64,000 nt of DNA from Clostridia bacterium (GTDB taxonomy: Bacteria; Bacillota; Peptococcia; DRI-13; SM3-B62), in the NCBI GenBank assembly GCA_018433675.1, contig JAHDQS010000015.1, positions 62,170-126,169 of the forward strand. The letters run 5' to 3'. The position numbers and the translations under genes are program-made. Each line of letters begins with the position of its first letter. The first letter of the stretch is position 1. Below the pieces are notes generated by a model. The model made no database searches. It was not told where the DNA came from and saw only the letters and a list, made by a program, of their open reading frames with translations. Shown here one piece after another: positions 1-9,738 of this stretch.

Positions 1-525
1 TACATTTCTGAAGGGCAGCAAATTGTTGAGGTCCATATCCTGGATGAGCAGGAAGGTATCGGATATGTAGAAGAAAACCATGATAGGAACTATTATCAGA
101 CCGCATCTTGTTAAAACACCGATCCCCGCACGCAGAACGGCAACGCACACCACTATCATGGCAAGGAGCAGGACGAAAAGAGGTGTCTCTGGGTACAGCA
201 TATGAAAAAAGTCGCCGAAGGATATTAGGTTGAGGGAGGCCAAGTGAGTGAAGTACCAAAGGTAAGACAGGGAGATCAGTTTGCCAAAGTTTTTGCCGAA
301 AACACGTTCGTTGATTTCGATCAGGGTTTTTCCGGGATGCCGGAGATACAGGGCGGAGAAAAGGGAATACAAAAGCAGTCCCTCCACTGCGCCGACAAGG
401 ATAGCCAGCCAACTTAGGTTTTTTGCCTGCTGAGTAGGTGTAAAGACCAAAGCAACACCAAACACCATGGCACAGATGAGGACATAGTATTGGGGGGGGG
501 ATATGGTTTCTTGCTCAAGCTTCAT
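1..525 (-). CDS. Spore germination protein, GerAB-type permease-like membrane subunit (N-terminal part; gene runs off window start)
   Basis: Own translation from ATG at 525 (GGAGG just upstream): MKLEQETISPPQYYVLICAMVFGVALVFTPTQQAKNLSWLAILVGAVEG... It is multi-TM with the N-terminal IS-x-x-Q motif typical of the GerAB family. Third gene of a gerA-type operon. Confidence 0.8.
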   Translation of the reverse strand, partial: MKLEQETISPPQYYVLICAMVFGVALVFTPTQQAKNLSWLAILVGAVEGLLLYSLFSALYLRHPGKTLIEINERVFGKNFGKLISLSYLWYFTHLASLNLISFGDFFHMLYPETPLFVLLLAMIVVCVAVLRAGIGVLTRCGLIIVPIMVFFYISDTFLLIQDMDLNNLLPFRNV

Positions 526-548
526 AGGTGATGTTCCTCCTAATGATG

Positions 549-1736
549 TTACTCGTGGTGCGGTGGCTGGGTAATTTGTCCGGAACGGCGGAGATGAGAC
601 TCAACCTCAATGTTTACCTCAAGATTGGCAAAATGCTCATCCCAATTTTCTTTAAGCTCGTTCCACCTCAGCGGGTATTTACGGTGGAAGGCTTCGCCGA
701 AGCTGAAGATGTCGGCTCGTAGCGCCTGGGCTTTTTTTACACTAGCCATGGCTTCTTCCATAATGGCTTTGTTTTGCTCTGTCTCCAAAAATTGCCAGGT
801 TTGAGGCTTTGTTAGATCCGAGCCGCACATTTGGCAACCAAGGTTGCCTTCCTCCGTTATTTTTATGGTAAGAGAGAGTTTGCCGTCATTGATTGCGGGA
901 ATGATTTTACTGCCGGCATTGATTATTTCCAAACTGGCTAAGTCCTCGCTGTCCGGGCACTTGACCAGAATAATACCGCTTTGAACTTTACCGGTGACAA
1001 AGAGAAAGCCCCGTGACTCGAAGGGATCGAGAGTTCCCACGAGTTTAGTCTTTTTAAATACGGCTGTACCGGATATCTTTGCTTCTTTTCCGTCTTCTTT
1101 TTCTTTTAGACTAATCAAGGGTGCCACCGGTGCGCCGGTGTCTTCGAGCATGCGGCAAAGAAAATCCCGGAGTGTGGTTTGGGGGGCGATGGAGGTGACA
1201 GCAAGGCCGTCCACAATTTCGCCTATTTCCCGGGCAGGTACTTTTTCCAAGGTTACTTTCTCCTCAAGGATGTTTTTAGCCTCCCCTTCAGAGACAAGGA
1301 CCCTGACCCGTAGTCTTGTTTCGTGGTCTCTGATAAAGTAGTCGATCCAGTTATCAATGCCGTGCTTGCAGAGATCTTCGCTGAAAATCAGTACTTGATT
1401 GTGGGGCCAATAAAGCTTGCGGCTGGAGAAGGTGGTGATTCTTCTTGCCACCTCGAATACGGTTGTGCCGGTTTCCGAAAAATTGACAAACTCTTCGGTA
1501 TCAGCCGACATTGCGCCTGCTTGAGAGGATTGCATGGCTGATGGATTGATTATTTGCGCTGTGATCCTAACCTTCTCCTCTCCGGGAAGTTTGTCGATGG
1601 CTGCGCCGAGTACAATGGCCAGCGTATCCAATTCCCTCCGGTTCCAACAGCCTGGAAGCGTTATAAGTATAAAGATGAGAATTAGAAAACAAAACAGTTT
1701 GGGATAAGAGATGCCAGTCATATCATCTTTCTTCAT
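549..1736 (-). CDS. Ger(x)C-family spore germination lipoprotein
   Basis: 395-aa ORF. Lipobox LITLPGC followed by WNRRELD, the typical GerAC N-terminus. Sits between the GerAA-like and GerAB-like genes. Confidence 0.85.
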   Translation of the reverse strand: MKKDDMTGISYPKLFCFLILIFILITLPGCWNRRELDTLAIVLGAAIDKLPGEEKVRITAQIINPSAMQSSQAGAMSADTEEFVNFSETGTTVFEVARRITTFSSRKLYWPHNQVLIFSEDLCKHGIDNWIDYFIRDHETRLRVRVLVSEGEAKNILEEKVTLEKVPAREIGEIVDGLAVTSIAPQTTLRDFLCRMLEDTGAPVAPLISLKEKEDGKEAKISGTAVFKKTKLVGTLDPFESRGFLFVTGKVQSGIILVKCPDSEDLASLEIINAGSKIIPAINDGKLSLTIKITEEGNLGCQMCGSDLTKPQTWQFLETEQNKAIMEEAMASVKKAQALRADIFSFGEAFHRKYPLRWNELKENWDEHFANLEVNIEVESHLRRSGQITQPPHHE

Positions 1737-1754
1737 TGGTTGCCACCTCGCTAA

Positions 1755-3371
1755 TCATTTCTTATTGGAGGGCTTAGAAGGCATTAAGCCAGGTTTTTGC
1801 CGCAGTCCATTATATCTGCTGAGTCCATAAGGACGTTTAAGCATGGCCCAAAAGGGGACACGGACAAAAACATCCTTCAAGCCGCTGGGAGAAAAGGGGG
1901 CTAGTGGTGAGAGATAAGGATAACCAAAGGAACTTAGGGAACACAAATGAATCAAAAAGAATAAAAGCCCGATGGAGATGCCTAATGCCCCCAAAAACCC
2001 TGCCAGAACGGTTAAGACCAGGCGCATGATTGTACCTGCGTCAATTTGCGCGGGTATAACAAAAGAGGAAATAGCCATTAAGGCTACTACTATGACCATA
2101 GGCGCGCCGACCAGGCCGGCGCTGACGGCCGCCTCTCCAATAACCAGTGCGCCTACGATGCTGATGGCCTGCCCAACCGGGCGAGGCAAGCGAATACCCG
2201 CTTCCCGGAGGATTTCGAATATTATAATCATGCCGGTTGCTTCCACGACCGAGGGGAATGGCACGCCTTCGTGGGCCGCGGCCATAGTAATCAAAAGAGG
2301 GGTAGGAAGGAGCTCTTGATGAAAGGTGGTCAAAGCGACATATACTGCGGGAGCCATGATGCTGATGAAGAAGGATAAAAAACGCAGAATTCTGACCAGC
2401 GAGGCGTAATATGGGCGTGAATAGTAGTCCTCGGCGCTTTGGAAGCTTTCAATAAACAACATGGGAACCGTCAGGACAAAGGGCGTACCGTCGATGAGTA
2501 TTGCCGCCCTGCCTTCAAGGATCTTGGCGGCGACAGCATCCGGCTTTTCACTGTTGGCAATGGTGGCAAAGGGTGAAAAAGGATGGTCTTCGATATATTC
2601 TTCTATGTATCCCGATTCGAGAATAGCGTCGGTGTCTATGCGTCTGAGGCGCTGCCTGATTTCTTCTACCAAACCGGGTTTGACGATTTCTTGCAGGTAG
2701 ACTAAAGCCACGTCCGTGCGGGTCCTTTTTCCAATGATGAAGCTTTCGATCCGTAATCCCGGTTCTTTTAGTTTCCGCCGCATCATGGCGGTATTAGTTA
2801 AGAGAGTTTCGGTAAAGCCTTCTCGGGGACCCCTGACAACGGATTCGGTTTCCGGGTCTTCAATGCTTCGTGTTTTCCAGCCTCGTGAGTTGATGATGAG
2901 TGCTTGCGAGTTTGTGTCTGCCATGAGAAGGCTGTCCCCTGCCAGGATGTGAGCAATTGCTTCATCCGGTTTGTCTGTTAGTTCCACTTCACCCGCCGCC
3001 AGCATGCGGCGGGTGATGGCCTTCATACCGGAAATAGAGAACTCCTTATCGACTCCGACTAGTCGCGTGTCGTATAGCAAAGGTTGAAGAATGCTTTCGT
3101 TGATCAGGGTTTTGTCAACTAAGCCGTCAATGAATATTAAAACAGCGTTTATCCGAGGCTCAGAGCCAAAGGAAAATTCACGAAGAATGAGGTCGGAGCT
3201 TTCTCCTAGGGTGCTTTTGATCAAGGCAAGATTGCGGTTTAGTGAGCGGTGAAACTTAAGGTCGTCCGTACCTTCAGTTTTACCGCTGTTTTCATGTTTG
3301 GGATGTTTTTTTGTTTTCAATAAACCGGTCAGGTAATTAAGCTTCCTGAAAAAAAAACGAAACATCAACAC
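1755..3371 (-). CDS. Spore germination protein GerAA/KA-type (A subunit)
   Basis: 538-aa ORF with a hydrophilic N-domain and C-terminal TM helices. Shows strong GerA-family sequence character (…IDGLVDK…, …RGPREGFTE…, …PDAVA…). Confidence 0.9.
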   Translation of the reverse strand: MLMFRFFFRKLNYLTGLLKTKKHPKHENSGKTEGTDDLKFHRSLNRNLALIKSTLGESSDLILREFSFGSEPRINAVLIFIDGLVDKTLINESILQPLLYDTRLVGVDKEFSISGMKAITRRMLAAGEVELTDKPDEAIAHILAGDSLLMADTNSQALIINSRGWKTRSIEDPETESVVRGPREGFTETLLTNTAMMRRKLKEPGLRIESFIIGKRTRTDVALVYLQEIVKPGLVEEIRQRLRRIDTDAILESGYIEEYIEDHPFSPFATIANSEKPDAVAAKILEGRAAILIDGTPFVLTVPMLFIESFQSAEDYYSRPYYASLVRILRFLSFFISIMAPAVYVALTTFHQELLPTPLLITMAAAHEGVPFPSVVEATGMIIIFEILREAGIRLPRPVGQAISIVGALVIGEAAVSAGLVGAPMVIVVALMAISSFVIPAQIDAGTIMRLVLTVLAGFLGALGISIGLLFFLIHLCSLSSFGYPYLSPLAPFSPSGLKDVFVRVPFWAMLKRPYGLSRYNGLRQKPGLMPSKPSNKK

Positions 3372-3514
3372 ACCTGTTTCCTCATCATTGATTAACCTTA
3401 GTATTTCATAAGGAAGGCTCGATTATTACCGGGAAAGAATTTGTAAAAAAATGAAGGTTTTTCATTTTCGGTGACGAATGATGTAGTATTAATTAGAATG
3501 CTTGGTGAAAGGAC

Positions 3515-4906
3515 ATGTTTCAGACAATGCTTACAAGAAGACAGTTTTTAACGGGAGTGGGTGCGACGGCTGCCGTTACCGTAGCGTCTCTTCTGATACC
3601 GCTGAGAGGGAAACCACAGGCCTCAGGAGTGGAGAGCACGGATAAGCCTCCTGAATTGATACCTGAGTGCGATTGGATTATCGACAATGTTTTACTGGTG
3701 GACGGAACGGGAGACGCTCCTTATTTTGGAAAGATTGCCGTGCAAGGTGAGTACATCACGGCGGTAGGTGAATTTCAATCTCCGGAAGGTGTCAGGAAAC
3801 TTGATGGTCAGGGATTGGTACTTACGCCGGGTTTTATCGACATACATACACACACGGAGGATTACCTTTTTAAAGGCGGGAGTATGGCACCATTTTTGGC
3901 ACAGGGGGTAACGACACAGATAGGGGGTAATTGCGGGCTTTCACCTGAGAATCTGAACCAATACATAGAAAGACTTTCCCAGGCACCGATAAATTACGGA
4001 TTATTGATGGGATACAAGACGATACGTTATCTGGCTATGGGTGGGCACAAGACCGGAAAAGCGTCACCGGCGGTCATTGAGAAGATGTGTCGGTTAATGG
4101 CTGCAGGGATGGAGACAGGCGCTTTTGGCCTTTCAACAGGTTTGGAGTACTATCCGCAGCACGATGCCACTACTGAAGAATTGATAAGATTGTGTGGAGT
4201 TGTAGGAGAACATGGCGGCTTTTACGCTACACATATCAGGAGTGAATACGACCAGGTCGAATCCGCGCTGGAGGAAGCTGTGGAAATTGGACTGCAAGCA
4301 CGAATACCGGTCCAGTACAGTCATATAAAAGCCGGATACGAAAGAAATTGGGACAAATTTCCTCGACTTCTGGAAATTTTGGAGGAAGCTAAAAAGACCG
4401 GTCTTGATATCACGGCGGATGTTTATCCGTATACCTTTTCCAGTACCGATCTGGGAAGAAAAACCTTTTTCCATTCCATGAGTGAAGAGAACGTGAAAAT
4501 GGCCATGAGTCATCCGCAAGTATTTTTTGGTAGTGACTCGCAGCTTTATGAAGGGGGAAGGGCTTATCATCCCAGAGCTTACGGTGTCTTTCCACGAGTA
4601 CTGGGAAGAATGGTGCGGGAAGAAAAGGTTCTTTCGCTACAAGAGGCTGTTGCCAAGATGACGGCGCAGCCGGCAAAAAGGTTAAAACTAAAGGATCGTG
4701 GTTTCTTAAAACCAGGGTTTAAGGCCGATCTTGTCCTGTTTGATCAAGAAACAGTGACGGATGTAGCAAGTATAAATAATCCTTCCCTGTTTTCTGAGGG
4801 AATTCGACAGGTATGGGTCAATGGTAAGCTGGCCTTTGCGGAAGGTGAAGTGCTGGAAGCAGCCGGTGGCCAATTTATTCGAGGAGTAAGTGCCGCAAGC
4901 GCTTAA
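3515..4906 (+). CDS. N-acyl-D-amino-acid deacylase (D-aminoacylase) family amidohydrolase with Tat-type signal
   Basis: N-terminus is MLTRRQFLTGVGATAAV (twin-arginine-like). DIHTHTE metal-binding motif and D-aminoacylase-like length and C-terminus. Confidence 0.75.
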   Translation: MFQTMLTRRQFLTGVGATAAVTVASLLIPLRGKPQASGVESTDKPPELIPECDWIIDNVLLVDGTGDAPYFGKIAVQGEYITAVGEFQSPEGVRKLDGQGLVLTPGFIDIHTHTEDYLFKGGSMAPFLAQGVTTQIGGNCGLSPENLNQYIERLSQAPINYGLLMGYKTIRYLAMGGHKTGKASPAVIEKMCRLMAAGMETGAFGLSTGLEYYPQHDATTEELIRLCGVVGEHGGFYATHIRSEYDQVESALEEAVEIGLQARIPVQYSHIKAGYERNWDKFPRLLEILEEAKKTGLDITADVYPYTFSSTDLGRKTFFHSMSEENVKMAMSHPQVFFGSDSQLYEGGRAYHPRAYGVFPRVLGRMVREEKVLSLQEAVAKMTAQPAKRLKLKDRGFLKPGFKADLVLFDQETVTDVASINNPSLFSEGIRQVWVNGKLAFAEGEVLEAAGGQFIRGVSAASA

Positions 4907-4928
4907 ATTTAAAACATTTTAAGATAGA

Positions 4929-4967
4929 GATAAGCGGGGCAGTAAAATGCCCCGCTTATCTCATTTT
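4929..4967 (+). terminator. Intrinsic terminator after the D-aminoacylase gene
   Basis: Perfect 12-bp stem GATAAGCGGGGC/GCCCCGCTTATC with an 8-nt loop, followed by TCATTTT. Confidence 0.8.
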
Positions 4968-5089
4968 GAATTTAGGAGAAAATAAGAATTATTGACGAAA
5001 TATGTTGGAAAATAGAGGAAAATTTTTAAAGGAAAGGAAGGATTAATAGCGAAGGAAACAGTAAAAAAGTACAAAGGGAGTGGGCAGTT

Positions 5090-6721
5090 ATGAGCTTAAT
5101 AAGCACCGGAGGAGGACAGTTTGCGTGGATGAAAAAGGAGGGTGGAGATCATGATTTCAGGCATGTTCTTTTTTATAAGGCTTTTGTCTCGCAAACCAGA
5201 GAATCCGGTGTTTGTAATTTGGTAATACTTTGGAAAAAAAACCGTCAAACAGATAAAATATGGATACAGGATTTTTCTTTGTGCTTTAATCACGAGGGTT
5301 TAAAGACTATCAAAACAGGGAAAATGCTGGGCAGCAAAAGGAAGTATTATGGGGATTATGCCCGCCTGAGTTATTTTGAGGCGGCGGCTTTGTTGCAGGA
5401 CGCCTATTGCCGGCATTTACTGTTTGGTACGTGTCCGGATGGGAAGTATACCGATATTTCTTTCCTCTTGGAATGTGATACGAACATAGTTGATCGTATG
5501 AACTTGCTCCGTAAAACGATGAATACGGTTTCTTCCGCTAAGGAATTCGCCGGTATTTATTTATCTGCCCTCAGGAGGTTGGATAATGCTTTGCTTTACG
5601 ACCTATCCAGCAGGCAGAGAAAGGCTTTTTTGCCAAGCAGAGAGGAATTCATAATGTACCGTGATGCTGTCTTTGATTGCTGCAGTTTTTTGCAAACCAG
5701 GGTGGATTCCTGCGAAATAAAGGGGGACTCTTATGCGCTGCAAGCCCATGCAATCATCAGTACTAATGCAGGTGAGGTTATCAGAATATGTTTTGAGATG
5801 CGGATATCAAAAGAAAACGGTTTTTATTATATTGACGCCTGTGAAGAGTCAGAAAGGATAATCCTTGAGGACAGTCATCCCGACAATCCGCATAATTATC
5901 TTGTTTATTGCTCTGTCTACGAGCCGTTAAAAACCGATACGCTGAGGGAATGGCTGGGAAACCGACCGGGCACCTTTCAAGTCGGGGAAAGTGACGGTAT
6001 CGTTCTTTATAAGTGGTTGAAACGACAGCAAGAGACAGGGGGGGATTTTAATGTTTTTGATAGGATTGGCTGTGAATTTCTTTTGAAAGAAGGAGAATTG
6101 GTTTTGTTTGCAAAAAACCCTCTTGATCTTGTCAATATTGAGCGTGAAGTAGCACGGCTAACCAACGGCAGAATGTATCAAAAGGGGAAATATCATCTTC
6201 CTGTAAGTGAGCTCTATCAAATGGTTGTTTCCTTAAGGACGGGGGGATCATTTTTTGAGGCAGCAAATCTTGCGGGATATCGGGCATCTTCCGCCCTGGT
6301 TTTTTTGCATAATTCCGGACGTAGTTTTATACCTCCTACTTTAGAAACGGGAGCGAAGCTTATGCCGGAAGGAGATTGCCTTTATTATCATTGCGAGAAT
6401 CCGGCAAGAACGGCGTGCTGCGGTGGTGCCGGGCCGGTTGAATATTATATATGCGGAGAACTGGTCAAAATCAATGCTTATGGAGGAAATGTCAAACAGG
6501 AGGTAGCTGTAATAGATAAGCAATACAAAGTAGGGGAAGCTGTGTATGATTATGAGTGGGAAGGTAATTCCGGTCAGTGCCAAAAAGTTTTGTCGGAAAG
6601 GCGAAAATGGAAGATACTCCTTATTCTTCGGCTTTGTCACAAGAGGTACGGGTCTTTGGGTGTGACGGGATTGATTCCCACTTTGAAGGATACAGTGAAG
6701 AGATTGGAGAGCTTGAGATGA
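5090..6721 (+). CDS. Hypothetical protein (543 aa), no recognisable domain
   Basis: Long ORF with SD AGGGAG before the ATG. Flanked by terminators on both sides, Cys-rich C-terminal third, no motif I recognise. Confidence 0.6.
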   Translation: MSLISTGGGQFAWMKKEGGDHDFRHVLFYKAFVSQTRESGVCNLVILWKKNRQTDKIWIQDFSLCFNHEGLKTIKTGKMLGSKRKYYGDYARLSYFEAAALLQDAYCRHLLFGTCPDGKYTDISFLLECDTNIVDRMNLLRKTMNTVSSAKEFAGIYLSALRRLDNALLYDLSSRQRKAFLPSREEFIMYRDAVFDCCSFLQTRVDSCEIKGDSYALQAHAIISTNAGEVIRICFEMRISKENGFYYIDACEESERIILEDSHPDNPHNYLVYCSVYEPLKTDTLREWLGNRPGTFQVGESDGIVLYKWLKRQQETGGDFNVFDRIGCEFLLKEGELVLFAKNPLDLVNIEREVARLTNGRMYQKGKYHLPVSELYQMVVSLRTGGSFFEAANLAGYRASSALVFLHNSGRSFIPPTLETGAKLMPEGDCLYYHCENPARTACCGGAGPVEYYICGELVKINAYGGNVKQEVAVIDKQYKVGEAVYDYEWEGNSGQCQKVLSERRKWKILLILRLCHKRYGSLGVTGLIPTLKDTVKRLESLR

Positions 6722-6731
6722 GTAAAGAAAA

Positions 6732-6771
6732 AAATCCCCTGTCGGGTTTTCTTAAGCCGGACAGGGGATTT
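6732..6771. terminator. Bidirectional terminator between convergent genes
   Basis: AAATCCCCTGTC...GACAGGGGATTT stem with A-tract upstream and T-rich sequence downstream. Confidence 0.75.
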
Positions 6772-6772
6772 A

Positions 6773-7519
6773 TCAATCTTTGAGTATTTGGTTGTTAGCG
6801 GCAGGTTTGTTTTCCGAGGATGACTTTTCTTCGGGTTTATACTCCTTAAGAAAATAGAAATGTGGAGTATCATTTCTGGCCACGACTGTTATTTCGTCTT
6901 TCTTCTCAAGAACCGGGTAGGCCCCGAAAAGCGCTAGGTTATCCATGATTCCGCCGGGTATGGTTAAGCCTTTCTCTAAGTTGGCTGCATCGCCTATTGC
7001 CATGATTACCACAGGGTACTCAATCTTGTGATTATTAACAGTCAAGAAGACGTTATTGCTGTTTTCAGCATAAAAGATTGCGCTATTAGCGGTTATACGC
7101 TGGTCATTGATGGAAATGGCTTCTGCTCCTGCTGCCCATAATTCATTGACGATGTTGATAATATCAATATATAAAATAGGCATATACCTGTCTATTGTAA
7201 TCGTTAAGCCCGGTCCAATCAATTCGGTAGCGCCGGTTATGATATTCAGCTTATCCATTTCATTTGCTATATTGGATACAAGCTGCTTGTCATCACGTTC
7301 GGCTTGTTTTTGTGCTGTCAATCTTTCGGTAAGGTCAAGAATTTCGAAAGACAGCTTTTGCCTTTTATTGGAGAGGTCTCGTACCATCGCGATAAGGTTT
7401 TCGGTTCTTTGCATAGTAAGTCCGCTGGCAAAGCTCTCTTGCGCACGGAATTGCAGAGAGAGAAGAATTCCCATGAGCAAAAACACTACTGTGATGGTAA
7501 GGTACCATTTTTGTTTCAT
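6773..7519 (-). CDS. DUF881 domain protein (YlxW-like)
   Basis: Motifs GPGLTITID and NIVNELWAAGAEAISINDQRI are typical of DUF881. N-terminal TM helix. The start at 7519 has SD AGGTGG; the longest ORF reaches 7534. Confidence 0.85.
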   Translation of the reverse strand: MKQKWYLTITVVFLLMGILLSLQFRAQESFASGLTMQRTENLIAMVRDLSNKRQKLSFEILDLTERLTAQKQAERDDKQLVSNIANEMDKLNIITGATELIGPGLTITIDRYMPILYIDIINIVNELWAAGAEAISINDQRITANSAIFYAENSNNVFLTVNNHKIEYPVVIMAIGDAANLEKGLTIPGGIMDNLALFGAYPVLEKKDEITVVARNDTPHFYFLKEYKPEEKSSSENKPAANNQILKD

Positions 7520-7530
7520 CCCTTTCCACC

Positions 7531-7887
7531 TCATTTTACCTGTTTATTGTTGCGTAGTTGTGACAGGAGGCTGTGTCTGATGTTTGCCAGATTCTGAAAA
7601 AGACGAACACCAAAAACAAAGACGGCAGCCAAGTAGAGGTCAACACCCAGACGGTCCCCTAGATAAGCCAAAAGTGCTGCCAAAAGGGCATTGGTGAAGA
7701 AACCGCTCAGAAGCACTGTGCTGTCAAAGTCGTTTTTCAACAAGGCACGTACACCGCCTAACACAGAATCAAGAGACGCTAAAACAGCGATAGACATGTA
7801 TTTGATGTAGGTTGGCGGTACTTCATAGGTTAGAGTAGAGCCTATGACTGCCCCCGCGAGCAGTCCCAAGAGCGGTAGTATCCACAT
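7531..7887 (-). CDS. sbp: Small basic protein Sbp (DUF1290)
   Basis: MWILPLLGLLAGAVIG...LGVDLYLAAVFVFGVRLFQNLANIR is collinear with B. subtilis Sbp as I recall it. ATG at 7887 follows GGGGAG; the ORF-track start at 7917 is probably too long. Confidence 0.85.
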   Translation of the reverse strand: MWILPLLGLLAGAVIGSTLTYEVPPTYIKYMSIAVLASLDSVLGGVRALLKNDFDSTVLLSGFFTNALLAALLAYLGDRLGVDLYLAAVFVFGVRLFQNLANIRHSLLSQLRNNKQVK

Positions 7888-7891
7888 GGTG

Positions 7892-8605
7892 TTAATTCTC
7901 CCCTTTTGTTTGGGCATACTTAAACTGCAAGTCTCCCTTATATGCCGGTATTATCAGTTCTTCTGCCTCTTTGAGGTCAACCGGATAATTAGACAGCTTC
8001 ATTATTGCTAATTCGCTTGCTGTCACGATTTCCGTGAGGAGCCGCGGGCTTCCAATCGCACTTATTTCAAAGGGCGGTGCGATACGGGTGGTATTGATGA
8101 GAATCAAATTTCCTACGCAACGAATTTCAGAAGTGGTTATCAGACGTTGTCCGTTGATAGAAATCGCTTCTGCTCCTCCTACTTTGAGCTCGCTGACGAT
8201 ATTAAGCAGTTGACTGTAATGAATAATATATTTATTCGGATCATCGTTAGGATTGGCTTTCAATCCTTCAGTGTTGTCGTCAACGGTAATGACGATTCCT
8301 TTTCCTGCCACGGGAGTGAGTCCTGCCAGGATTTTAGCGGTTTTTAAGCTGTCCTGAAGTTCCTGCAGTCTCCCCTTTATTTGCTCTTCTTGAATCTTAT
8401 CAAGGTTGTCACGTGTTTCGCCAATCAATTCCTCCTGTTTTTTTATTTCTTCTTCGAGGTCATTAATTATCGTAATGAGATTGGTATTTCTTTCACTAAT
8501 TGGATTAACGGTGGATATATCCGCCATAACCTTTAATTGAAAGGTCAAGAAGAAGCCGGCGATAAAGCACATAATTGTAATTGGCAGCAGCCATTTTCTT
8601 GACAT
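7892..8605 (-). CDS. DUF881 domain protein (YlxX-like)
   Basis: Motifs GKGIVITVDD and LLNIVSELKVGGAEAISINGQRL. N-terminal TM helix plus coiled coil. Confidence 0.85.
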   Translation of the reverse strand: MSRKWLLPITIMCFIAGFFLTFQLKVMADISTVNPISERNTNLITIINDLEEEIKKQEELIGETRDNLDKIQEEQIKGRLQELQDSLKTAKILAGLTPVAGKGIVITVDDNTEGLKANPNDDPNKYIIHYSQLLNIVSELKVGGAEAISINGQRLITTSEIRCVGNLILINTTRIAPPFEISAIGSPRLLTEIVTASELAIMKLSNYPVDLKEAEELIIPAYKGDLQFKYAQTKGEN

Positions 8606-8927
8606 GTTGCATTTCCCCTCATTTGTGGTTCAACGTAATATTATACCATAAATAACGCGTTTGATAAAAAATAAATATATTTGTACTTGAAAGGTTTTAT
8701 GCAATGTATTATCCTAGCAGAGAGCAGGTTGAACAGAGTTCTTGGCCGTGACCTTCCAATCATAATCACTTACAGTACAGGTAAATAATACCACGAAATA
8801 TTGTAAAATACTATAAAAATTTAACTTAAATCGTCTTCAAGGGATGGAAGAAAAGAGGAATATCAATATCTGCTGTAGAATTAGGATTTTAGGAGCGCAG
8901 GCTTTTGCCAAAGGAGGTTTGAACCCG

Positions 8928-9737
8928 TTGCTGAAGGAAGGTTTGGGTTTTATCAGTGTTATAAATGTGATAGACATAATCATAGTGGCATTTGTCATTT
9001 ACAAGGTAATGATGATAATCAAAGGGACACGTGCCGTTCAGCTTATCAAGGGTCTGGCCGTTTTGGTGATAGCATCTCTGATTAGTGAGTGGCTCGGTTT
9101 TAGAACTTTTCGTTGGATACTGTTAAATCTCCAAACCGTTTTGATTGTTGCCTTGCCTGTTGTCTTTCAGCCAGAGTTAAGGCGGGCCTTGGAGCAGCTG
9201 GGGAGAGGCAAGTTTTTTGCCCGTCCTATGGCGATGTTGAATCAGGAGTCTCTTGAGAAGTTGATAAATGAAGTGACGAAAGCTGTTAAGGTTTTAGCTA
9301 AAAACAGTACCGGAGCCTTAATTATCCTTGAGCGTGAAACAGGAATCAATGATCACATTGAAACCGGTACAAAAATTGACGGGTTGGTTTCTTTGGAGTT
9401 TTTGATAAATATATTTATTCCCAAAAGCCCACTACATGACGGAGCAGTGATTATCCGCGGTGATCGTGTGGCCGCTGCAGGCTGCTTCTTGCCCCTTTCC
9501 GAAAACCCCAATCTCAGCAAGGAATTGGGAACAAGACACCGTGCGGCACTGGGTCTTACTGAACAATCGGATGCAGTTTCCATTATTGTTTCCGAAGAGA
9601 CAGGAGTTATTTCTGTGGCGGAAGAGGGAAGACTGACCAGGTATCTTGATGAGAACACATTAAAAGAGATTCTCCGGAAGCGGCTCCAGCCAAAAAATAA
9701 TCACTCTGCTGTGTCGTTTTTCAATTGGAGGTCGTAG
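8928..9737 (+). CDS. cdaA: Diadenylate cyclase CdaA (DisA_N/DAC domain, 3 N-terminal TM helices)
   Basis: FQPELRRALEQLGRG and DGAVIIRGDRVAAAGCFLPLS...LGTRHRAALG motifs. TTG at 8928 lies 10 nt after GGAGG. The longest ORF starts at 8844, but that extension has no counterpart in CdaA. Confidence 0.9.
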   Translation: MLKEGLGFISVINVIDIIIVAFVIYKVMMIIKGTRAVQLIKGLAVLVIASLISEWLGFRTFRWILLNLQTVLIVALPVVFQPELRRALEQLGRGKFFARPMAMLNQESLEKLINEVTKAVKVLAKNSTGALIILERETGINDHIETGTKIDGLVSLEFLINIFIPKSPLHDGAVIIRGDRVAAAGCFLPLSENPNLSKELGTRHRAALGLTEQSDAVSIIVSEETGVISVAEEGRLTRYLDENTLKEILRKRLQPKNNHSAVSFFNWRS

Positions 9738-9738
9738 T

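Noticed and set aside
492-500. G9 homopolymer (C9 on the coding strand) eight codons into the GerAB-type gene, considered as a phase-variation switch
   Set aside because: The frame is intact here (…ISPPQ…). A single 9-nt tract gives no evidence of length variation, and such tracts are also common sequencing-error sites. It is only worth checking if population reads are available.
8844-8927. N-terminal 28-codon extension of cdaA in the ORF track
   Set aside because: The extension (MEEKRNINICCRIRILGAQAFAKGG…) has no counterpart in CdaA proteins. A GGAGG followed by TTG at 8928 gives the expected N-terminus just before the first TM helix.
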